Positions 26,326-33,402 of a stretch of 64,000 nt of DNA are shown piece after piece (the first letter of the stretch is position 1; every line of letters starts with the position of its first letter). The position numbers and the translations under genes were made by a program. The notes below the pieces were generated by a model. It did no database searches, was not told the origin of the DNA, and worked only from the letters and a program-made list of their open reading frames with translations. Origin of the DNA: a bacterium (lineage in GTDB: Bacteria; Patescibacteriota; Minisyncoccia; Sungbacterales; SURF-37); assembly GCA_030648055.1 (NCBI GenBank), contig JAUSHI010000009.1:112769-176768 (forward strand). The letters run 5' to 3'.

Positions 26326-26631
26326 ATGAAGATTAAAAAAGGTGATACAGTCAGAATATTATCGGGTAAAGATCGTGGTAAAAACGGCAAGGTTATTCGT
26401 GTTTTGCCGGACGAGACGCGCATTTTGGTTGAGGGAATTAATTTGAAAAAAAAGCATGTGCGTTCCAAACGGCAGGATAAAAAAGGTGAAGTTGTCTTAA
26501 TTCCCGCTTTTTTAAACGTTTCGCGATCTATGTTAGTATGCCCGAATTGCCAAAAGCCAACGCGGGTTGCCAGTAAAGTAATAGGCGATAAAAAATATCG
26601 CATGTGCAAACATTGCGATAAGGAATTTTAA
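26326..26631 (+). CDS. rplX: 50S ribosomal protein L24 with a C-terminal Cys4 zinc-ribbon
   Basis: MKIKKGDTVRILSGKDRGKNGKV KOW motif. C-terminal CPNC..CKHC. ATG 26326 is M8 of the track ORF. Confidence 0.93.
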   Translation: MKIKKGDTVRILSGKDRGKNGKVIRVLPDETRILVEGINLKKKHVRSKRQDKKGEVVLIPAFLNVSRSMLVCPNCQKPTRVASKVIGDKKYRMCKHCDKEF

Positions 26632-26633
26632 AT

Positions 26634-27176
26634 ATGATGTCTTTACGGGAAAAATATCAAAAAGAAGTTTTGGCTAAGATGACCGAGGATTTTAAATATA
26701 AGAGTCCGATGGCCGTACCCAAGATTGAAAAAGTCGTTGTTAACGTGGGTGTGGGCAGAATTCGTGACGATAAGGTCACTCAGACAATTCAAAAAACGCT
26801 TGCTTCAATTGTTGGCCAGAAACTTTCCGCGCGTCCGGCAAAAACCGCGATTGCGGCTTTCAAAACCCGCACGGGTATGATAATCGGTTATACTGCCACA
26901 CTTCGCGGGAAGAGGATGTACGATTTTCTTGAACGCTTAGTCCGCATAGCGCTTCCGCGTCAGCGCGATTTTCAAGGCATTCCGGAAAAATCTTTTGACG
27001 GTAAAGGCAATTTGACGATAGGAATAAAAGAACATATTGTGTTTCCAGAGATGATCGGGGAAGATGTGCGGTCTATTTTTGGATTTGAAGTAACGGTCGT
27101 AACGAGTGCTGGCTCCAGAAAGGAAGGGGTGGCACTGTTGAAATATTTAGGTTTTCCTATTAAGTCCATCGTTTAA
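26634..27176 (+). CDS. rplE: 50S ribosomal protein L5
   Basis: 180 aa. Typical L5 sequence: [26 protein letters not shown]. Confidence 0.96.
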   Translation: MMSLREKYQKEVLAKMTEDFKYKSPMAVPKIEKVVVNVGVGRIRDDKVTQTIQKTLASIVGQKLSARPAKTAIAAFKTRTGMIIGYTATLRGKRMYDFLERLVRIALPRQRDFQGIPEKSFDGKGNLTIGIKEHIVFPEMIGEDVRSIFGFEVTVVTSAGSRKEGVALLKYLGFPIKSIV

Positions 27177-27180
27177 AATC

Positions 27181-27366
27181 ATGGCTAAGCAATCTGTAAT
27201 AGCAAGAGCGTTAAAGACGCCGAAATTCAAATCGCGGGTAGTGCGGCGATGTTTTCGTTGCGGGCGAAAGCATGGCTATATGCGTGATTTTGATTTGTGT
27301 CGCATATGCTTCAGAGAGCTTGCTAATAAGGGTGAAATTCCGGGAGTTAAAAAATCAAGCTGGTAA
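27181..27366 (+). CDS. rpsN: 30S ribosomal protein S14, type Z (zinc form)
   Basis: 61 aa. [22 protein letters not shown]. Confidence 0.95.
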   Translation: MAKQSVIARALKTPKFKSRVVRRCFRCGRKHGYMRDFDLCRICFRELANKGEIPGVKKSSW

Positions 27367-27377
27367 TTTAAATTTTT

Positions 27378-27767
27378 ATGACTGATCCAATAGCAGACAT
27401 GTTTATAAGGATTATGAACGGGAGTCGCGCCGGCAAAGAGTCCGTGATTATTCCGCATTCAAAAATTAAATCCGAAATCGCGCGAGTACTTAAAAATCGC
27501 GGATTTATTAAGGATATAGAAAAAAAAGGCAAAAAGGTGAGGAAATTTTTGGAGTTGACCCTTTCCTACAAGGGTAAGGATCCGGTGCTTTCCGGTCTGG
27601 TGAGAGTATCAAAGACATCACTACGGGTATACGTAAAAAGTGGAGATATAGCAAAATCAGCGCGTGGTTTTGGAATGATGATAATTTCAACATCTCGTGG
27701 AATTATGACCGGAGACGATGCCATGAAGGCAAAGCTCGGCGGAGAAATAATAGGAAAGGTTTGGTAA
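27378..27767 (+). CDS. rpsH: 30S ribosomal protein S8
   Basis: MTDPIADMFIRIMNG start, 129 aa. Confidence 0.96.
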   Translation: MTDPIADMFIRIMNGSRAGKESVIIPHSKIKSEIARVLKNRGFIKDIEKKGKKVRKFLELTLSYKGKDPVLSGLVRVSKTSLRVYVKSGDIAKSARGFGMMIISTSRGIMTGDDAMKAKLGGEIIGKVW

Positions 27768-27772
27768 AAATT

Positions 27773-28318
27773 ATGAGCCGAATTGGTAAAAAAATTATAA
27801 AAATTCCCGCGAGCGTTGTGATTACAAAGACGGGGGACAAGCTGAATGTTAAGGGCCCTAAAGGGGAGCTTGTTTTAGGGTTAAATCCGATAATTGACAT
27901 TGAAATTTCAGGAGAGGAACTTTCAGTAAAGCCGGTCAAGACGACCAAGAGAACTCCGGCTCTCTGGGGGCTTTTCAGGGCGCAAATAAACAACATGGTT
28001 GACGGTGTTACCAAAGGATTTGAAAAAAAATTGGAACTTGAAGGAATTGGTTACAAGGCTCTTTCGGAAGGCGCGAACCTTGTTTTTTCGCTTGGTTTTT
28101 CGCATACGATAAAATTTGAGGCACCCAAAGGCATTCAGCTTAAGATTGAAAAAAACGTAATTACCGTTTCAGGAATAGATAGGTCTTTGGTGGGTGAGAC
28201 CGCGGCCCGCATCAGGAGCCTTAAACCGCCGGAGCCTTATAAAGGAAAGGGAATTCACTATCAAGGTGAAATTATCCGCAGAAAACAAGGGAAAAAAGCG
28301 GTTGCCAGCGCGTCGTAG
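27773..28318 (+). CDS. rplF: 50S ribosomal protein L6
   Basis: MSRIGKKIIKIP start (M5 of the track ORF); PEPYKGKGI motif. Confidence 0.95.
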   Translation: MSRIGKKIIKIPASVVITKTGDKLNVKGPKGELVLGLNPIIDIEISGEELSVKPVKTTKRTPALWGLFRAQINNMVDGVTKGFEKKLELEGIGYKALSEGANLVFSLGFSHTIKFEAPKGIQLKIEKNVITVSGIDRSLVGETAARIRSLKPPEPYKGKGIHYQGEIIRRKQGKKAVASAS

Positions 28319-28346
28319 ACCTAATTTTAAAAATATAGTTTACATA

Positions 28347-28703
28347 ATGAAGATTAAAAGTTCAAGAGAAAAAAGGATAATACGCCATAAGCGTACCAGG
28401 GCGATAATAAAAGGTACGGCCGAGAAGCCGCGGCTTTCGGTTTTCCGCTCTAATCGTCATATGTGGCTTCAGTTGATTGATGACATTTCCGGCAAAACTT
28501 TGGTTTCGGCAAATGATGCCGAAATTAAAACCAAAAAGAAAAGTGTCGGCAAAGACACGGCCTCTTTAGTCGGAGAATTGCTTGCTAAAAGAGCTGGTGA
28601 GAAAAAAATTGAACGCGTTGTTTTTGACCGGAGCGGGTACTTGTATCACGGTTTGGTACGCGAAGTGGCCGAGGGAGCAAGAAAAGGCGGTTTAAAATTT
28701 TAA
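28347..28703 (+). CDS. rplR: 50S ribosomal protein L18
   Basis: ATG 28347. RHKRTRAIIKGTAEKPRLSVFRSNRHMWLQLIDD; FDRSGYLYHG. Confidence 0.95.
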   Translation: MKIKSSREKRIIRHKRTRAIIKGTAEKPRLSVFRSNRHMWLQLIDDISGKTLVSANDAEIKTKKKSVGKDTASLVGELLAKRAGEKKIERVVFDRSGYLYHGLVREVAEGARKGGLKF

Positions 28704-28907
28704 AGGGCTTTGTCCAAAATTTAGAGTAGTCGTCAAATAGACTTTGGAAACAAAACCTTTACCCCGCCCTCTATGCTACAGTTTATAAGTAATAGATAGT
28801 TTATGTATACGGAACTTGCAAAGCACAATAAGGCAAAGCGGAATCGCTTAGAGGGCGGGGTGCTCAATTTTATAGTTATTTATTTCATTCATAAATAAAA
28901 TTCGCAT
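28704..28907 (+). repeat. Family A structured element, copy A3 (L18|S5 junction)
   Basis: Same blocks. ACCCCGCCCTCTA pairs with TAGAGGGCGGGGT, a compensatory change relative to A2. Mini-ORF at 28803..28898. Confidence 0.85.
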
Positions 28908-29396
28908 ATGCCAAGATTTGGTGGTTCAAAATTTAAGAGAGGGGGAGAGCGCGAGAAGTCGGAATATGACCAGAAAGTGCTGGATATCCGCAGGGTAGCG
29001 CGCGTGGTTGCCGGAGGGCGCCGTTTTAGCTTTAGGGCGACGGTTGTTATAGGGAATCGCAGAGGAAAAGTCGGCGTGGGTGTCGCCAAGGGCGTTGATG
29101 TAGCACAGGCCGTTGAGAAAGCCACTCATAAGGCAAGAAAATACATGGTTGTTGTTCCGTTAACTAAATGGGGTTCTATTCCCCACAGAGTGTTGGCTAA
29201 GTTTTCAAGCGCGAGGGTTCTTTTAAAGCCCGCGCCGGAGGGTTCCGGTATTATTGCCGGAGGCTCTGTTCGCGCCGTGGCTGATCTTGCTGGCATAAGG
29301 AATCTTTCTTCAAAAATTCTGTCCCGTTCGCCGAATAAATTAAATAATGCCCGCGCCGCGCTTGCCGCCTTGGCGAGTCTTAAGGCGCGAGAATAA
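28908..29396 (+). CDS. rpsE: 30S ribosomal protein S5
   Basis: 162 aa. RVARVVAGGRRFSFRATVVIGN..GSGIIAGG pattern. Confidence 0.96.
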   Translation: MPRFGGSKFKRGGEREKSEYDQKVLDIRRVARVVAGGRRFSFRATVVIGNRRGKVGVGVAKGVDVAQAVEKATHKARKYMVVVPLTKWGSIPHRVLAKFSSARVLLKPAPEGSGIIAGGSVRAVADLAGIRNLSSKILSRSPNKLNNARAALAALASLKARE

Positions 29397-29398
29397 AT

Positions 29399-29809
29399 AT
29401 GCAATTACATCAATTAAATTCAAAAACTAATTTTCGAAGAGGCCAAAGGATCGGCAGGGGCGGCAAGCGCGGTAAAACTTCTGGGAGGGGCACAAAAGGC
29501 CAGAAGTCCAGAGCCGGCCACAAGATTCGTCCCGCTATTCGTGATATTATTAAAAAATTGCCCAAACTTCGCGGCTATAAGTTTAAATCTTTCGCAAAGG
29601 AAACGGTTGTTATTAATCTGAAAGATTTAGAAAGGCATTTTCAGTCGGGTGATACGATTAATTCAAAGATGCTTATCGCGAAAGGGCTTGTAAATAAAAT
29701 AAAAGGGCAGATTCCCAGGATAAAAATTCTTGGCGCCGGAAAGATAGAAAAAAAGTTCATTTTTAAAGATGTTGTGCTCTCGGGCAGTGTTAGAGAGAAA
29801 ATGAAATAG
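29399..29809 (+). CDS. rplO: 50S ribosomal protein L15
   Basis: GRGGKRGKTSGRGTKGQKSRAG motif. Starts 2 nt after rpsE, so no rpmD lies between them. Confidence 0.95.
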   Translation: MQLHQLNSKTNFRRGQRIGRGGKRGKTSGRGTKGQKSRAGHKIRPAIRDIIKKLPKLRGYKFKSFAKETVVINLKDLERHFQSGDTINSKMLIAKGLVNKIKGQIPRIKILGAGKIEKKFIFKDVVLSGSVREKMK

Positions 29810-29856
29810 GCATGTTTTCCCGCATTAAATAATTAGGCGTGGCTTAATTAGACGAT

Positions 29857-31122
29857 ATGTTTCAAAAACTTTTGTTGATGTTTAAGCTTCCGGATTTGCG
29901 CAAAAAGATTTTTTTTGTGCTTGGGGTTCTTTTGGTGTTTCGCTTGGTCGCCGCGATCCCAGTGCCGGGGGTTGATCCCATAAGACTTAAAGCTTTTCTC
30001 GCTGGAAATCAATTTTTCGGTCTTTTGGATATTTTTTCCGGAGGCGTACTTGGTAATCTTTCCATCGTAATGCTTGGCGTTGGCCCTTACATCACCGCGT
30101 CCATTATCATGCAGCTTTTGACCATGCTTTTCCCGTCGCTTAAAGAAATGTACCAGGAGGAGGGTGAGGCGGGGCGCCAAAGGTTTAATCAATACTCCCG
30201 TCTTCTTACCGTGCCGCTTGCCCTGCTTCAGGGTTACGGGCTTTTGATCATTCTTGTCCGCCAGCAAATTATTCCCCAGCTTGGGTTTTTTGGTTTTGCA
30301 ACCAACTTGATTATTGTGACCGCCGGGACTCTCTTTCTTATGTGGCTCGGTGAGCTTATTTCTGAAAAAGGCATTGGCAACGGTATTTCTCTTTTGATTT
30401 TTGCCGGTATTGTCTCAAGAATCCCCATTGATCTTCGGCAGACTCTTTTTACTTTTGACTTTTCACAGCTTCCGTCCTACCTTGCTTTTTTGGCGGTCTC
30501 ACTCGTTGTTATCGCGGGTGTTGTGGTAATCACGGAAGGTCAGAGAAATATTCCCGTCTCCTACGCAAAGCGTATTCGCGGAAATCGCGTATACGGCGGA
30601 GTTTCAACCCATCTTCCGCTTCGCGTTAATCAGGCCGGAGTTATTCCGATTATCTTCGCGGTCTCGCTTATTCTTTTCCCGGGCCTCATTGGCAACTTTT
30701 TAGCAGTTGTTCCGAATCCCGCCGTGCAGTCTATTTCGCGCTTTTTGATTGAGCTTTTGAACAATCAGTTGCTTTACGGGTCTTTTTATTTTCTGCTTGT
30801 TTTTGCTTTTACTTATTTTTACACCGCGGTTACTTTTGATCCCCAGGCGATTGCCGATAATCTTCAAAAGCAGGGCGGTTTTATTCTCGGCATACGGCCC
30901 GGCAGGCCAACCGCTGAATATCTTTATCGCATTCTTAATCGTATTACGCTTGCCGGAGGACTTTTTTTGGGCGTAATCGCCGTCTTGCCTCTTATCGTGC
31001 AATACGCTTTCGGTCTTCGGACCCTGACCATCGGCGGCACCTCGCTTCTTATCGTGGTGTCTGTGCTTCTTGAGACAATGAAACAGATTGATGCCCAGTT
31101 GGTGATGCATGAATATGAGTGA
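29857..31122 (+). CDS. secY: Preprotein translocase subunit SecY
   Basis: 421 aa, 10-TM pattern. GVGPYITASIIMQLL, WLGELISEKGIGNGISL motifs. Confidence 0.96.
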   Translation: MFQKLLLMFKLPDLRKKIFFVLGVLLVFRLVAAIPVPGVDPIRLKAFLAGNQFFGLLDIFSGGVLGNLSIVMLGVGPYITASIIMQLLTMLFPSLKEMYQEEGEAGRQRFNQYSRLLTVPLALLQGYGLLIILVRQQIIPQLGFFGFATNLIIVTAGTLFLMWLGELISEKGIGNGISLLIFAGIVSRIPIDLRQTLFTFDFSQLPSYLAFLAVSLVVIAGVVVITEGQRNIPVSYAKRIRGNRVYGGVSTHLPLRVNQAGVIPIIFAVSLILFPGLIGNFLAVVPNPAVQSISRFLIELLNNQLLYGSFYFLLVFAFTYFYTAVTFDPQAIADNLQKQGGFILGIRPGRPTAEYLYRILNRITLAGGLFLGVIAVLPLIVQYAFGLRTLTIGGTSLLIVVSVLLETMKQIDAQLVMHEYE

Positions 31123-31207
31123 TGTCCCGATAAAAATTGAATTTGCAATTTTTATCGAGGATCCTCGATTTCGCTACGCCACTTTTTGTGGCGGCGAAAT
31201 CGGGACA
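31123..31207 (+). repeat. Palindromic MITE-like element, family B copy 1
   Basis: 9-bp perfect TIR TGTCCCGAT/ATCGGGACA. Three internal hairpins including the central palindrome ATCGAGGATCCTCGAT (31154..31169). CATGAATATGA occurs on both sides. Confidence 0.7.
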
Positions 31208-31244
31208 TGAATATGAATAGCTTTGTCGGGTTACGGTTTTAGAT

Positions 31245-31276
31245 AAAAAAATCGCGCCTGGGTTAGCGCGATTTTC
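31245..31276. terminator. Bidirectional terminator
   Basis: A-run, ATCGCGC-ctgggtta-GCGCGAT, T-run. Overlaps the stop of the minus-strand kinase gene. Confidence 0.6.
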
Positions 31277-31925
31277 TTTTGAGCCCCAGAGATGAAAGAA
31301 TTTCTTTTAGCTTTTTGTGAACTGGTTCTTTGTCGTCGTAGTTATTGGTGATGACGAAGGGCGCCTTGCTTATTATCCAGTTAACTTCGCGTTCAATGGG
31401 TGAGTGTTCGCCGGTCCCCCTTTTTCTGTCCCCCATAAATTCATTGAAAGTCATTTTTCCTTCATCGCGTTTTTGGGTTTTGTGAGCGGCATCTTTAAGC
31501 GCGCGCGCGTATCGGACTTTGGGGTCGGCCGTGACGCAGATGAGGATTCCTTTTCTCTTTTCCACGAACGCGCGGTATTCTTCTTTGGTGCGGATGGCTT
31601 CAACAAGCGCGATTTTCGGTTTTTCCGTATCCAGCATGTGGGCAACTCTTCGCATATACGCGGATTCACCAAGAAGCGGATAGAGGAGTTTGTTTACGCC
31701 GAAAAGCGCGTGGTAAACCCTGCGGTCGGCTTCCAGGCCCAAGATTTTAGCGATAAGCATGGGCGCGTCAGCAATGCGAAGATGCTTTACGCTTTTGTAG
31801 TTTCTGACAATATATTCCACGGCCACATCCTTTCCCGCTTTACGCGGACCGGCAACTGCGATAATTTTTATTTTCTGGCGTTTCCAGCTGGAAATGGCCC
31901 TGTTGAGTTCTGATTTGGTAAGCAT
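31263..31925 (-). CDS. T4 gp1-like deoxynucleoside-monophosphate kinase family P-loop protein
   Basis: IIAVAGPRKAGKDVAVEYIVRNYKSVKHL parallels T4 dNMP kinase LSGVKRSGKDTTADFIMSNYSAVKY. The C-terminal FVITNNYD..KLKEIL parallels LVITNDGS..KIKNTL (from memory). Confidence 0.55.
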   Translation of the reverse strand: MLTKSELNRAISSWKRQKIKIIAVAGPRKAGKDVAVEYIVRNYKSVKHLRIADAPMLIAKILGLEADRRVYHALFGVNKLLYPLLGESAYMRRVAHMLDTEKPKIALVEAIRTKEEYRAFVEKRKGILICVTADPKVRYARALKDAAHKTQKRDEGKMTFNEFMGDRKRGTGEHSPIEREVNWIISKAPFVITNNYDDKEPVHKKLKEILSSLGLKRKSR

Positions 31926-31990
31926 AAGATATTCCTTTATTATTAATCTTAGACGGGTCGGTTGTAAATACCCACTGAAAGCATAAGTAA

Positions 31991-32764
31991 ATGATCATCA
32001 AAAACGAAAAAGAGCTCTCAATCCTTCGCGAATGCGGCAGAAAACTTGCCATGATTTTGGGTGTGGTGGAAAAAGCCGTCAAGCCCGGAGTTACGACTAA
32101 AGAGCTTGATGATTTGAGCGAAAAATTAATCCGCGACTCGGGCGGCGAGCCTGTGTTTAAAGGTTATCGCACGCTTCGCGGTGAGCCACCATTTCCCTGT
32201 TCTCTTTGTACCTCTGTCAATGATGAGGTGGTGCATGGCATTCCTTCCGGAAGCCGTGTTTTGAAAGAAGGCGATATTGTCGGTCTTGATATCGGCATGC
32301 GCTGGCCCGCTAAAGACGGTTTTATAACCGATATGGCGGTAACGGTGGGTGTGGGCAAGATTTCCCAAAAAGCTGAACGCCTTATCGCTGTAACCAAGGA
32401 TTCATTTGAAAAGGGTATCGCGGTGTTGGCACCCGGCATTCGGCTGGGCGATCTCGGCGCGGTTATTCAGAATCAATTGGAAAAAAACGGCTATGGAGTA
32501 ATTCGCGATCTTGCCGGGCATGGCGTGGGCAGGAAACTTCATGAAGAACCTTTTGTTCCAAATTACGGCAAGCGCGGAGCAGGGCCTGTTGTGCTTGAGG
32601 GCACGGTGCTTGCCATTGAACCGATGGCCACCGAGGGCGACTGGCATGTTGTGCTTGATAAGGATGGTTGGACATTTAAGACGCGCGATGGAAAATTGGC
32701 AGCGCATTTTGAGCATACTGTTGTTGTGACAAAGGATGGCGCGAAAGTTTTGACAACAATCTGA
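31991..32764 (+). CDS. map: Methionine aminopeptidase, type I
   Basis: 257 aa. VHGIP, DIVGLDIG, GHGVG, EPM, HFEHTV metal-ligand motifs. Confidence 0.95.
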   Translation: MIIKNEKELSILRECGRKLAMILGVVEKAVKPGVTTKELDDLSEKLIRDSGGEPVFKGYRTLRGEPPFPCSLCTSVNDEVVHGIPSGSRVLKEGDIVGLDIGMRWPAKDGFITDMAVTVGVGKISQKAERLIAVTKDSFEKGIAVLAPGIRLGDLGAVIQNQLEKNGYGVIRDLAGHGVGRKLHEEPFVPNYGKRGAGPVVLEGTVLAIEPMATEGDWHVVLDKDGWTFKTRDGKLAAHFEHTVVVTKDGAKVLTTI

Positions 32765-32820
32765 AAATTTAGTACACATAAGATTGTTCTTTTCAATATA
32801 AATACTGCGGGGGGTGCACA

Positions 32821-33126
32821 TTGAAAACCATCGCGAAACTCGTCGGTTGTTTCTGTATGCTTTCTTTTTTGGTTTTCGTATGGTTGAGTCATAGCGGCGT
32901 TCTGCCGGGTTCTGCCACAGCGCACGGCTGGGGAGGATCCGGGTTTGCTGTCCTTGCTTTTGTCGGCTGGGTCTTGCTCATGATAATGTCAGAGGGTCCT
33001 ATACGTTCGCATGAGATGGCTAATAAATTTTGTTTCATTTACGGCTTCCTCCTGGTTATAAATGCCATCACATACACGCTTTTGCGTCTTGATAGTCTTA
33101 TTGGCCCCGCTCATACATTAAGGTGA
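32821..33126 (+). CDS. Hypothetical small membrane protein (TTG start)
   Basis: 101 aa, 3 hydrophobic segments, G-rich RBS-like upstream. Weak support. Confidence 0.35.
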   Translation: MKTIAKLVGCFCMLSFLVFVWLSHSGVLPGSATAHGWGGSGFAVLAFVGWVLLMIMSEGPIRSHEMANKFCFIYGFLLVINAITYTLLRLDSLIGPAHTLR

Positions 33127-33240
33127 CGCTCCTGTTGTTATGATCAGTGTTCTTTATTACGGCTTGGCCATTTTTGGCATGTGGATGATATATGCGGCGG
33201 CTGAAGATGGGCTCGTCTAATAACCCAAAAATAATCCATT

Positions 33241-33262
33241 GCGGCCCCGGGGCCGCTTTTTT
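33241..33262 (+). terminator. Rho-independent terminator
   Basis: GCGGCC-ccgg-GGCCGC followed by TTTTTT. Confidence 0.6.
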
Positions 33263-33402
33263 CTTTGCGCATTGCACACGCCACACTTATGATATATATA
33301 AATGTATCATAAGTTTTATCTTAATTATACTTGACCGGCCGGACATATTTGATTAAGATAATTTTTGTTGATTTTTGGTAGGGGTGCGTTATTATAAAAG
33401 AT

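Noticed and set aside
22237-28907. Family A elements considered as intrinsic terminators, or as a CRISPR-like or REP array
   Set aside because: They lack U-tracts after the helices and sit mid-operon between essential genes. They are ~200 nt long and kilobases apart, not short regularly spaced repeats. No cas genes are present in the window.
31404-31913. 169-aa plus-strand ORF antisense to the kinase-like gene
   Set aside because: The minus-strand frame carries the P-loop and the T4 gp1-like termini. The plus-strand frame has no motif and no start context.
33138-33218. 26-codon hydrophobic mini-ORF (MISVLYYGLAIFGMWMIYAAAEDGLV) after the 101-aa membrane ORF
   Set aside because: No RBS, no second copy and no conservation evidence within the window. 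Too short to support alone.
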